A DNA stretch of 64,000 nucleotides from Gemmatimonadales bacterium (GTDB lineage Bacteria; Gemmatimonadota; Gemmatimonadetes; Gemmatimonadales; GWC2-71-9). Below the pieces are notes generated by a model. It did not search any database. It saw nothing but the letters and a program-made list of their open reading frames with translations, and had not been told where the DNA came from. Location of the stretch: positions 1,452 to 65,451 of the forward strand of contig DASYTD010000149.1 of assembly GCA_036002655.1 (NCBI GenBank), in the 5' to 3' direction. This document shows positions 51,682-62,577 of this stretch, piece after piece (the stretch's first letter is position 1; each line of letters opens with the position of its first letter). The position numbers and the translations under genes were made by a program.

Positions 51682-53955
51682 TTACCTACGAAAAAGGCTC
51701 TGAACCCCTTCGCTTTCGGCGCGGCGGAGGAGGTCGGCGAGTGCCTGGCTGGGGTTCAAACGATAGGCCCGCCGGAAGTACGCGATGGCCTGCGGGGCAT
51801 TGCCGCGCAACGCCGCGGCATTTCCGAGCTCCAGGAATGGGATGGAGAACGAGTTGGCTACCTGCTGCGCGGCCGGCTCGAGCTCGAGGGTATCGGCGGA
51901 CAACAGCTTGCCGAACTGAAAAACCGAATCCGCGAGCACTCTGGTCCGCGCGGAATCCAGCATGATCCCTTGGATGCCGCGGTTCCAGCGGCGCACCGTG
52001 TCCGGGCGCGGGACGACCTTGAACACCAGACCTTGAAAGACGAGCTGCGGATCGAGGCCGATCCAGGAGCCACGACCCGACGACACGCCGAACGTCACCG
52101 CGCGATCCGGGAGGGACGTCGCGATCGTGTACAGGATCACCTGGTCGGACGTTCGGAAGACCTGTCCCTTGCGGATCGGCAACTCGAACGTGCCGGCCCG
52201 AAAGATGCCGTCCTCGCTCACGCGCAGCGGCTGCATCCCCGCGATTTCTTCCGGCGTGAGCCGCAGCGCCGGGCCGGTTGGCGGTTGCGGCGGCGCGAGC
52301 GGCCGGTAGAACGCCGGCGCGCGAGTCGGGTCGAACGGCCGCACCGGCCGCGTCGCCAGCTGGTGCAGGTACCAGTCGAGGTTCCCGAGCGACAGGTTGA
52401 TCAACGTGACATCCTGGCGAACGCCCTCGACCTCCTGCAGATACCACACGGGGAAGGTGTCGTTATCCCCGTTCGCGAACAGCACACCGTAGGGCTCGAC
52501 CGATTGCAACATGTTATAGGCGAAGTCGCGCGCGGCTGTCGCGTCGGGCCCGTGGCGCCGCGATGCGGCCTTGAAGTTGGCGGCAAAGGGCAGCACCGTG
52601 ATCAGGGCCGCCGTGACGATTCCCCAACGCGAGAGCGGACCCGCGCGCGACAACCAACCCACCATGCGCACCAAACCGAACCCCGCGAACAGACCCCAGA
52701 TCTGGAAACTCACGATGAAGAAATAGTCCCGCTCGCGCACCTCGTGCTCCGCGAACGCCCGGTACTGATTCCAGAACAGCGAGAAGCCCGGCTTGAAGTT
52801 CATGTAGATGACGAGCCCGACCCCCGTGATCAGCCACAGCGCACCGAGCAGGGTGGCGATGCCCACGTCGCGACGGCGCGCAAACTCGAATCCCAGCATC
52901 CCCAGCGTCACGAAGATGAGCGCGACGATGACCATCGCGCCGAACGGCAGTGAGCGGCCCCATTGCCACGAGCAGTACTGGAAGTAGTTGAGGAACTGCT
53001 GCCCAAAAACGGTCAGCGTGCGGCCGGGATTGCCCTCCCCCGGAAGAAAGGCCGGGTGATCCAGAATACCGCGGCTGCCAAATTGCTCGCGGCGAATCAC
53101 TGCGAGCAGATTGGTCCACGTCTCGGGGTTGGCTTCGTCGAGCAGCGGCTGCAAGCCGGACCGGATGTACAGGTACGCGTATGTCGAAATGCCGATGGCC
53201 GCAATCGCGATGGCGATGACCGGGAACGCGCGCGAGCCGGCCATCACGCAGGCCACCACTGCCGCCGCCAACAGCACGCCGCCCACATAGAACAGCGGCG
53301 TGCTGCCCAGACCGACGGCCACGAGCACGATCCACAGCGTGGTGAGCGCGGCCCATTCCGCCCATTCGATGCTGCGCTCCGCGGGATCGGCCGCGGGCAA
53401 CGCCCGCAGCGTGTGCACCATGAAGAGCGACACCGCGGGTCCGACGAGCAGCGCAAGCAGATGATTGCCGAGGGACAACGCCGCGAGATAGATGATGAGC
53501 AAGAGGAGGTGCGGCGCGCGCACAGTGCCACGCACGTCGCGCCAGCGGAGGCAGAGCCACGCGATCGCGGCGATCGTGAACGTCGCGAACGTGTAGACCT
53601 CGGTCTCGTTGCTGTTCTGCCAACCGGTGAACGTAAATGCCGAGAGGAGGGCTGCCGCCGCGGCGCCGCCGCTGCGCAGGAGTGGGACCTCTCCGACGAG
53701 CAACCGGTGCGCGACGAGGAAGAGGCAGCCCGCGCCCGATGCCGCGAAGCAGGCGCTCATGAAATTCAGGCGCCAGGCATAGCCGCCGATGGCGACGACA
53801 TCGGCCCAGACATGGCCGACGAGCACGAAGAGCGGAGTGCCCGGCGGGTGCGGAATGCCGAGGACTTTGGCGGCGGTGATGAATTCGCCCGCATCCCACA
53901 GCGTCACTGTGGGCGCGAGCGTGATCACATACCCGATGAGGACCAGGAGTGCCAC
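51682..53955 (-). CDS. DUF2723-type polytopic membrane protein (glycosyltransferase-C-like) with C-terminal TPR-like region
   Basis: 757 aa. LAPTVTLWDAGEFITAAKVLGIPHPPGTPLF is the DUF2723 signature, followed by about 10 TM helices. GTG start with GGAGG 8 nt upstream. Confidence 0.8.
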   Translation of the reverse strand: MALLVLIGYVITLAPTVTLWDAGEFITAAKVLGIPHPPGTPLFVLVGHVWADVVAIGGYAWRLNFMSACFAASGAGCLFLVAHRLLVGEVPLLRSGGAAAAALLSAFTFTGWQNSNETEVYTFATFTIAAIAWLCLRWRDVRGTVRAPHLLLLIIYLAALSLGNHLLALLVGPAVSLFMVHTLRALPAADPAERSIEWAEWAALTTLWIVLVAVGLGSTPLFYVGGVLLAAAVVACVMAGSRAFPVIAIAIAAIGISTYAYLYIRSGLQPLLDEANPETWTNLLAVIRREQFGSRGILDHPAFLPGEGNPGRTLTVFGQQFLNYFQYCSWQWGRSLPFGAMVIVALIFVTLGMLGFEFARRRDVGIATLLGALWLITGVGLVIYMNFKPGFSLFWNQYRAFAEHEVRERDYFFIVSFQIWGLFAGFGLVRMVGWLSRAGPLSRWGIVTAALITVLPFAANFKAASRRHGPDATAARDFAYNMLQSVEPYGVLFANGDNDTFPVWYLQEVEGVRQDVTLINLSLGNLDWYLHQLATRPVRPFDPTRAPAFYRPLAPPQPPTGPALRLTPEEIAGMQPLRVSEDGIFRAGTFELPIRKGQVFRTSDQVILYTIATSLPDRAVTFGVSSGRGSWIGLDPQLVFQGLVFKVVPRPDTVRRWNRGIQGIMLDSARTRVLADSVFQFGKLLSADTLELEPAAQQVANSFSIPFLELGNAAALRGNAPQAIAYFRRAYRLNPSQALADLLRRAESEGVQSLFRR

Positions 53956-53986
53956 GGCCGCGGCCTCCCGGTACGGAGGAGAGGAC

Positions 53987-54787
53987 TCAGGTCGCAGGCT
54001 GTGTCACGCGCTCGCCGCCCTCGAGATGAGAGACGGCACCGGAGAGAAGGTCGCGCACCTGCTGTGGTGTGAGGTGACGGTACAGCAATCCATGACTCGC
54101 GACGGAAATCGTCGAGGTCTCTTCCGAGACGACGAGCACCGTCGCGTCGGTTTCTTCCGACAAGCCCAGCGCGGCGCGGTGGCGCGTGCCGAGCGATTTG
54201 TCGGCCACCTTGAATTGCGTCAGCGGCAGCACGCAGCCGGCGCCGATGATCTGATCGCCGCGGATCAGCACCGCGCCATCGTGCAGCGGCGAGTAGGGCG
54301 TGAAGATCGTGGTGAGGAGATCGGCCGACACCTTGGCCTCCATCGGCACGCCGGTCGTGATGAACTCCTCGAGCCCGATATCGCCTTCGACGGCGAGGAT
54401 CGCCCCCGTGCCGGCGCGCGACAGCCGGTCGAGCGCCTCCGCGATCTCCTCCGCCACCGATTGTCGGTCGCCGCGGGAGAAGGCGCGCATGAAGCGCGAT
54501 TGGCCCAACCGGGCGAGCGCATTGCGCAGCTCCGGCTGGAACACGACGACCGCGGCAAAGGCGCCGTAGGTGAACACGACGCCCAGCAGCGTGCTGATCA
54601 TCGTGAACTTCGCGAACACGGCCACGAAGTAGGTCAGCGACAGGATCACGAGGCCGATGACGATTTGCAGGGCGCGGGTGCCGACGAGAAACAGCAGAAA
54701 CCGGTAGATGACGAACGACACCAGCAGGATCTCGAAGAGATCCGGCCAGAGGCGGGGCGAGAGAAACTTGAAGGCGTCTACGTTCAC
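53987..54787 (-). CDS. cdaA: diadenylate cyclase CdaA (c-di-AMP synthase)
   Basis: 266 aa. Three N-terminal TM helices, then a DAC domain with GAILAVEGD, PLHDGAVLI (DGA) and LGTRHRAALG (RHR). Confidence 0.92.
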   Translation of the reverse strand: MNVDAFKFLSPRLWPDLFEILLVSFVIYRFLLFLVGTRALQIVIGLVILSLTYFVAVFAKFTMISTLLGVVFTYGAFAAVVVFQPELRNALARLGQSRFMRAFSRGDRQSVAEEIAEALDRLSRAGTGAILAVEGDIGLEEFITTGVPMEAKVSADLLTTIFTPYSPLHDGAVLIRGDQIIGAGCVLPLTQFKVADKSLGTRHRAALGLSEETDATVLVVSEETSTISVASHGLLYRHLTPQQVRDLLSGAVSHLEGGERVTQPAT

Positions 54788-55955
54788 GTTGGATTGGTCG
54801 TCGCGCTCGCCAGTGTAAGGGCTTCGCGTGTCACCGCAACGTCATGAACCCGGAAGAGCCGCGCCCCCCGCTCCCAGGCGAGGGCGCAGGCGACGGCCGT
54901 GGCGCGATCGCGATCCTCCACCGGCCGTCCCGTCGCCGCGCCCAAAAACCGCTTCCGCGACAGGCCGACGGCTACAGGATAGCCCAGGGCGACGATCGTT
55001 GCCAGTTCGTCGAGCAGCCGGAAGTTCTGCTCAGCGGTTTTGGCGAACCCGAAACCGGGGTCGAGGACGATGCGCTCTCGCGCGATCCCCGCCCCTGCCG
55101 CCGTGTCGGCCGCGGCTTGCAGCTCGGTGGCCACCTCGGTCGCGACCTGCCCGTACGTCGCCAGGCTGTCCATCGTGGCCGGCGTCCCGCGCATGTGCAT
55201 GAGAATCACCCCCGCCCCCGCCTCCGCGACGACCGCGGCCAACGCGGGATCGAATTGGAATCCGGAGACGTCGTTCACCACCGCGGCGCCGGCAGCCAGC
55301 GCCGCGCGCGCGACATCCGCCTTGCGAGTATCCACGGAGACCGGCCCGATCCCGCGCTGCACGAGCCCCGCGATCACCGGGACGACGCGGGCGATCTCTT
55401 CCTTGACGGGAACGGGAGCGGCGCCAGGTCGGGTGGATTCGCCGCCGACGTCCAAAAGACGTGCGCCGTCCGCCATGAGCCGTGCGCCGTGTTCGCTGGC
55501 GGCGGCAACGGTCGGAAGATGGCCGCCATCTGAAAACGAGTCGGGGGTGACGTTGAGGATGCCGATGATAGCCGGTTGATCGAGAGTGATTTCGCCGTCA
55601 CGGATGGCCCAGGTGCGCGGCGGCTCGACGCGGGCGGCGAGCAGCCAGCCGAGGGCGGGCGCCAGGCGTGCGAGCTCCTGGGGCGCGCGGTCGGAGCGCG
55701 CGAGCGGCGCAATGCGGCTCGCGGCGCCGGCCACCAGCGCCCAGCCCCCAGCCCCCTCGCCGGTGAGCACATCAGCGCCCGACTTCGTGCTCCAGCGCAC
55801 GAGCGCTTCGCGCTCCGTTTCGGTGATCTCTTCGATGAGGACGACGAACGGCTGGATGCCGGTGGCGGCGAACCCGGCCGGCTGCCCTTCCCACCCCCGC
55901 GCCGCGAGCGCCGCGCGCACCGCTTCCGGTGTGTGCGCGGCGAGCGCGGTGACTT

Positions 55956-55959
<4 letters not shown>
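54784..55959 (-). CDS. folP: dihydropteroate synthase with an N-terminal extension of about 125 aa
   Basis: The DHPS core starts near IIGILNVTPDSFSDGG. It continues with DVGGESTRPGA, NDVSG, ILMHMRG and DPGFGFAKT. An uncharacterised N-terminal segment precedes it. Confidence 0.9.
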
Positions 55960-57944
<1,985 letters not shown>

Positions 57945-58499
57945 CTACGTCAGACTCGCGATATAGGGAAGGTGCCGGAAGTTTTCGGCGTGATCGAGGC
58001 CGTAACCGACCAGGAACAACGTCGGGGCATCGAGGCCCACGAACTTCGCTTCCAGCTCCAGGTGTGCCGCCACATGTTTGTGCAACAGCGCGCAGATCTC
58101 CAGGCTTCGCGGCCGGCGCTGCCGGAGCAGCGCCACCAGCTTGTTCAAGGTCTTCCCCGTATCGATGATGTCCTCGACCAGCAGGATGTGCTTCCCTGCC
58201 AGCTCGGTCTCCGGGTCATACACCAGCCGGACGTTGCCGCTCGATACGGTGCCTTCGCCGTAGCTCGACGCCATGAGAAAATCGACTTGCAGCGGCCGAT
58301 CGATCCGCCGCACGAGATCGCTCAAGAAGATGAAGCTGCCCTTGAGGAGACCCAGCACCAACAGATCGCCATCGGGATAGGCCGCCGTAATTTCTCGGCC
58401 CAAGGCCTGGACTCGCTCCGCGATCGTCTCCTCGTTGAAGACGATGCGCTTGAGCTCACGCCCCCCGGTTTGCTTGAGCTGAGCCGTACTCGGTAACAT
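57945..58499 (-). CDS. hpt: hypoxanthine phosphoribosyltransferase
   Basis: 184 aa. ILLVEDIIDTGKTL is the PRPP-binding motif. It sits between tilS and ftsH. The start overlaps the tilS 3' end by 44 nt, so the start is somewhat uncertain. Confidence 0.92.
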   Translation of the reverse strand: MLPSTAQLKQTGGRELKRIVFNEETIAERVQALGREITAAYPDGDLLVLGLLKGSFIFLSDLVRRIDRPLQVDFLMASSYGEGTVSSGNVRLVYDPETELAGKHILLVEDIIDTGKTLNKLVALLRQRRPRSLEICALLHKHVAAHLELEAKFVGLDAPTLFLVGYGLDHAENFRHLPYIASLT

Positions 58500-59832
58500 C
58501 CAGCCTCACTGCTCGAGTTCCGGGCGCCGGCACGCCTTCCGCACTACGACAGATGCCGGGCACCCAGAGAATGGTCTCTCCCCGACTGACTACGGGATAG
58601 CGCGGCCGCGCGCTGCGCGGCACCCGCGCTTCCATTAATAGACGCCGCAGCGGCCGATGCCCGACTCCCCCTAGCGGAACCAGCACATCCCCGCGAGCTG
58701 GCGCCCGCACCTCCCATGCCGCGCTGTCCAACCACGTCGTCCACGTCGCCCGCTCGATCTGGGTCGGCGCCTGGGCCGTCGACCACGCAATCTCGAACTC
58801 GCCGAACCGTGCCGACCCCTGCTCCCCGGTCGGCCAGACGCGCTCGAGAGCGCAGGCGATCTCGTTCACGTCCCGGCGTACGCACAGCCGGTCGAATGCC
58901 ACTTCGGCCGACCAGCCGTCCCCCAGTGGCAGCCGGCGCCCCGAAGGGCGCTGCGCCAACGCGACTAACCGTCGCGCGCGCGTGGGGCCGAGCACCAGTC
59001 CAGCCCGCCGGGCCGCCGCGCGCAAAAGCGCGACAGACAATGCGTTATCATAGCCGCACAGCACTGCCCGGGCAACGGCAAAGCGCTCTCCCTGCACCTC
59101 GAGCGCCAACTCAGGGATCAGATCGAGCAGCTGGTTCCACGCGCGCCGGTCGCTCGCGGCATGGCGGCCTTGCGCGAGCAGGTCGTTTCGCAAACGAGGA
59201 CCAAGCCGCTCGTTGAGGAGCGGTAACAGTGTCGCGCGCACCCACGAGCGCAGATGGCGGGGATCGCGGTTAGCGGGATCATCGTGGACTGCTAGGCCGC
59301 GCGCGGCGGCGTATTCCACCAGCTCACGCCGCGCGAACGGCAACAGCGGACGGATGAGACCGCCGCGTCCGCGCGCGGCGATGCCCGCGAGTCCGGCGGG
59401 CGCACTGCCGCGCAGCGCGCGCAGCACGATCGTTTCGACTTGATCGTCCTCGTGATGCGCCGTCACCAGGTATTTCGCGCGGCGACGGCGCTGCAGGTCG
59501 CGCAGCCACGCGTAGCGCGCGCGCCGCGCTTCTGTTTCAGTCGTGTCGGGACCAAGATTCAACTCGGTGCTCTCGAAGGGCAATCCGTACTTCCCTGCGA
59601 TTTCACGGACCGTCCGCCCGACGGCCCGTCCGCCCGTCAGAATTCCATGGTCCGCGTGCGCAACGACGAGTTCCAGGCCGAGTTGACGGGCCACACCGGA
59701 CAGCAAATCCAAGAGCGCGACTGAATCGGCGCCGCCCGACACGGCGACGATCGCTTCGCCCGGCGCGCGGAACAGCCGAGCGGCTTGGATGTGCGCTAAG
59801 ACGCGCGCCGGAAGCGAGGCAACGGTGGACAT
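58456..59832 (-). CDS. tilS: tRNA(Ile)-lysidine synthase
   Basis: Start taken at M165 of ORF 58456..60324 (MSTVASLPARVL...). VAVSGGADSVALL is the PP-loop SGGxDS motif. VTAHHEDDQVET is also present. The upstream extension overlaps the divergent plus-strand gene. Confidence 0.88.
   Translation of the reverse strand: MSTVASLPARVLAHIQAARLFRAPGEAIVAVSGGADSVALLDLLSGVARQLGLELVVAHADHGILTGGRAVGRTVREIAGKYGLPFESTELNLGPDTTETEARRARYAWLRDLQRRRRAKYLVTAHHEDDQVETIVLRALRGSAPAGLAGIAARGRGGLIRPLLPFARRELVEYAAARGLAVHDDPANRDPRHLRSWVRATLLPLLNERLGPRLRNDLLAQGRHAASDRRAWNQLLDLIPELALEVQGERFAVARAVLCGYDNALSVALLRAAARRAGLVLGPTRARRLVALAQRPSGRRLPLGDGWSAEVAFDRLCVRRDVNEIACALERVWPTGEQGSARFGEFEIAWSTAQAPTQIERATWTTWLDSAAWEVRAPARGDVLVPLGGVGHRPLRRLLMEARVPRSARPRYPVVSRGETILWVPGICRSAEGVPAPGTRAVRLDVTEYGSAQANRGA
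59612..59635. repeat. tandem octamer array GTCCGCCC GACGGCCC GTCCGCCC (G-rich on the minus strand)
   Basis: Read directly. It is the reverse complement of the 27051-27074 core with 1 mismatch. It encodes GGRAVGRT inside tilS. Confidence 0.8.
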
Positions 59833-59844
59833 GTATCTTGAAGT

Positions 59845-60444
59845 ATGCGCCAACCCGACCTCACGTACCAACTGCTTCGCAATCTGACGTCGCCGGTGGT
59901 CGCGATCACGTCGGAGCGCAACGGCAAGGAGAACGGCATGATCTCGGATGCCGCGGTGCGTGCGTCCATCGTGCCCTCCATCCCGCGGCTCTCCGTCTAC
60001 ATCCACAAGTTCAACTACAGCCACGACATGATCTTCGAGACGGGGCGCTTCGGGCTGCACCTCTTGCACACCAAGCAATTCGACGTGGTGCGGCGGCTCG
60101 GCTTTGTCAGCGGGCGCGACCGCAACAAGCTCGAGGGACTGCCGCATCACCGCGGCGTGCTCGGCGTCCCGGTGTTGGACGAGTGTTTCGCGCACTTCGA
60201 GTGCAGCGTTGCGAACGTCATGGATACCGGGAGCTCGACGTTGTTTCTGGGCGACGTCGTCGCGGTCGGCTGCGGCGCTGCCGCCGGACTGGAGCCGCGC
60301 GGCGAGCTGCTCACCGCGACGCATTTCCGCACGAACATGCCCGCGGAGTGGCGCGTCGAGTATGAGGCGAAATTGCAGGAAGCACAGCAGATTGCCGCTG
60401 AGACGTCACGTACCATCAAGCCCGTAGTCTGGAAAAGGAGCTGA
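59845..60444 (+). CDS. flavin reductase-like (FMN-binding split-barrel) domain protein
   Basis: 199 aa. VVAITSERNGKENGMISDA...FGLHLL...ECFAHFECSVANVMDTGSSTLFLGDVV resembles the Flavin_Reduct family. The ATG lies only 12 nt from the divergent tilS start. Confidence 0.7.
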   Translation: MRQPDLTYQLLRNLTSPVVAITSERNGKENGMISDAAVRASIVPSIPRLSVYIHKFNYSHDMIFETGRFGLHLLHTKQFDVVRRLGFVSGRDRNKLEGLPHHRGVLGVPVLDECFAHFECSVANVMDTGSSTLFLGDVVAVGCGAAAGLEPRGELLTATHFRTNMPAEWRVEYEAKLQEAQQIAAETSRTIKPVVWKRS

Positions 60445-60445
60445 T

Positions 60446-60901
60446 ATGCGCCCTAGCGTCGGATGTCTGATTGTGCTGCTCGCAGCGTGTAAGCTCGCGC
60501 CGCCGCCGCTGGCTGAGGCGGACAAGGCGTCGATGCGCGCAGTGACGGACAGCTTCACGGCGTTTGTCGTCGCTCATCGCGATTCCGCAGCGGCGGCGTT
60601 CTACGAGGAGCATGCGCTCTTGATGCCGCCGAATCAGGGCATCGTGGAGGGGCGCGCGGCGATTCGGGCGTTCATTGCCGGGTTTCCGCCGCTATCCGCG
60701 TTCACCGCCAGGGCCATCGACATCGATGGACGGGGTGATCTCGCGTATCTGCGCGGTACCTACCAGATGACCTTCGCGACCACGGGAGGCCGCCCGGCGC
60801 TCGAGGACCACGGCAAGTTCGTGGAGATCCGGCGACGTCAGCCCAACGGCAAGTGGCTGGTGGCGGTGGACATCTTCAATTCGGATGTGCCGGCCAAATA
60901 A
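60446..60901 (+). CDS. SnoaL-like/DUF4440 (NTF2-fold) lipoprotein
   Basis: 151 aa. Lipoprotein signal MRPSVGCLIVLLAAC. Then ...YEEHALLMPPNQGIVEGRAAIRAF...GKFVEIRRRQPNGKWLVAVDIFNSD, typical of DUF4440. AAAGGAG lies upstream. Confidence 0.7.
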   Translation: MRPSVGCLIVLLAACKLAPPPLAEADKASMRAVTDSFTAFVVAHRDSAAAAFYEEHALLMPPNQGIVEGRAAIRAFIAGFPPLSAFTARAIDIDGRGDLAYLRGTYQMTFATTGGRPALEDHGKFVEIRRRQPNGKWLVAVDIFNSDVPAK

Positions 60902-61044
60902 AGGCGTCGAAGGAAAGGCGTCGAGAGAAAAGCGTCGGCATAGAGACGTGTACGTCTTTTTCTCGACGTCTTTGTCGACGCCTTATTATTTGACGTCTTT
61001 TATTTGACGCCTTCCTTTTGACGCCGTATTTCGACGCCTTTCAA
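60902..61044. repeat. AT-rich palindromic tandem-repeat array (core GGCGTCGA / TYGACGYC, period about 14 bp); probable bidirectional terminator
   Basis: Forward-orientation cores are at 60903, 60917 and 60932. A central GACGT-GT-ACGTC palindrome lies at 60945-60956. Inverted cores are at 60963, 60975, 60990, 61004, 61018 and 61031, each embedded in T-rich spacers. It lies between the DUF4440 stop and the 3' end of tRNA-Met. Confidence 0.8.
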
Positions 61045-61119
61045 TAGCAGGGGTGGGATTCGAACCCACGACCCCGGCATTATGAGTGCCGTGCTCTCAC
61101 CAGGCTGAGCTACCCTGCC
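61045..61119 (-). tRNA. tRNA with CAT anticodon (most like elongator tRNA-Met)
   Basis: Hand-folded 75-nt cloverleaf. Acceptor GGCAGGG/CCCTGCT (G1-U72 wobble), anticodon arm CGGCA-CTCATAA-TGCCG, T-arm GTGGG-TTCGAAT-CCCAC, discriminator A. It lacks the three G-C pairs of initiator tRNA. tRNA-Ile2 (the lysidine substrate) cannot be excluded by eye. Confidence 0.88.
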
Positions 61120-61150
61120 ATCACTACCGCAGAAAAACCTAGCAAGGTCG

Positions 61151-62563
61151 CTAGTTAACGCCAACCCTCCCCTGCACCGACGCCAGCAGCTTGGCCGAGT
61201 CGTAGCCGACGCCGTCCTTGAACACGATCGTCGGACTGCGAATCACCGACGGATCGGCCGTCAGGTCGCCGCGCAGCACGACGATGTCGGCCATCTTCCC
61301 CGGCTCGACGGTCCCGAGCGTCGGGAGGACGCCGAGAATCTTGGCGCCGTTCGCCGTCATGATCTGGATCGCCTGCGCCGGTGTGAACCCCGCCTCGATG
61401 AACAGCTCGTAGTTGCGCTGATCGCCGAATCCCGCGAGCGCCCCGCCGATTCCGGTCGGGTCCACGCCCGCGGCCATCGTCCCACCCGCCTCCACGAACG
61501 CCCGCTCGAACGCCATCGCGCTCTTGAACGCCTGACCGCTGATCCAGCCGCCGCCCGCGCTCGTGTCGATCTGCTGCCGCATCTTCATGTAGCTGTCGCG
61601 CACTTCGGGATCCATCGCCTGCAACACGCGCTCGTCTTTGGTGGGACGATTCGCGACGAAGGGCTCGTAGACCGCCAGCGTGGACGTCATCGAGACCTTG
61701 TGCTGCACCAGCGACCGGATCGTCGCCTGCGCCACAGTGCCGCGCGGGTCGGCCTGGCTCACCTGCGTCATGAACGTGACGGGGCAGGCATCCTGCTTCT
61801 TGCTCGAGTCGAAGTCGGACGCGGTCAGCATGCCGTGCTCGAGGTTATCGATGCCGAGCGACACCGCCTCCTGAAAGCTCACCGAGCAGAGATGCCCGGT
61901 GACTTTCATGCCCCGCTTGTGCGCTTCTTGAATCGCCGCCCCCAGCTCTGAGCGACGGATGTCGGTGTACGCCTTGATCCACGTCGCCCCCTCGGCGCCC
62001 CAGTAGGCGACGAAACGGCGCGCGGCCTCCGGGGAGTTGACGAGCGCCATGCTGCTGCCGCCCCTAGTCCCCTGCTCACCCGTGATGTAGGGCGCGGTGA
62101 TATGGATGCGCGGACCCGGGACGAGACCCTGGTTGATCGCGTCCTTCAAGTTGATCTCCGCGTACGGCGAGCGACTGCCGGTAGTGCGAATCGTGGTCAC
62201 GCCCGAGCCGAGGTACAACCGCGGTCCGGTATACGACATCTGCACGGCTCGACCGCCTGCCGCGGTATAGAACAAGTGATCGTGCATCCCGATCAGACCG
62301 GGGATCACCGTGGATCCGCTCATGTCCATCGTCCGCGCGCCGGCCGGGATCTCCACCGAGGCGGCGGGCCCGACGGCCGCGATACGGCCCGCGCGAATCA
62401 CGATCGTCTGGTCCGGCTTGGGCGCCGCGCCCGTTCCGTCCACGAGCAACACGTGCGTGAGGGCCAGTAAGCTCGTGTCCACGGTGACGTATTCGCGCAC
62501 CTGCGCGGCGAGGGAATCAGGACGCTGCGCGGCGAGCGCGAGCAGGAGAGTGAGCGCGTACAT
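61151..62563 (-). CDS. amidohydrolase-family metallo-hydrolase, secreted
   Basis: Start taken at MYALTLLLALAAQ (signal peptide) with GAGGAG upstream. VIPGLIGMHDHLFY is the HxH metal site. VLLVDGTG and IAAVGP are typical of the amidohydrolase N-terminus. Substrate unknown. Confidence 0.85.
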   Translation of the reverse strand: MYALTLLLALAAQRPDSLAAQVREYVTVDTSLLALTHVLLVDGTGAAPKPDQTIVIRAGRIAAVGPAASVEIPAGARTMDMSGSTVIPGLIGMHDHLFYTAAGGRAVQMSYTGPRLYLGSGVTTIRTTGSRSPYAEINLKDAINQGLVPGPRIHITAPYITGEQGTRGGSSMALVNSPEAARRFVAYWGAEGATWIKAYTDIRRSELGAAIQEAHKRGMKVTGHLCSVSFQEAVSLGIDNLEHGMLTASDFDSSKKQDACPVTFMTQVSQADPRGTVAQATIRSLVQHKVSMTSTLAVYEPFVANRPTKDERVLQAMDPEVRDSYMKMRQQIDTSAGGGWISGQAFKSAMAFERAFVEAGGTMAAGVDPTGIGGALAGFGDQRNYELFIEAGFTPAQAIQIMTANGAKILGVLPTLGTVEPGKMADIVVLRGDLTADPSVIRSPTIVFKDGVGYDSAKLLASVQGRVGVN

Positions 62564-62577
62564 GAGCCAGCTCCTCG

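Noticed and set aside
60902-61044. Is the repeat array a CRISPR locus?
   Set aside because: The repeat cores are only 8-10 nt at a period of about 14 bp, with no unique spacers of CRISPR size. The copies are arranged as an inverted palindrome, and no cas genes are present.
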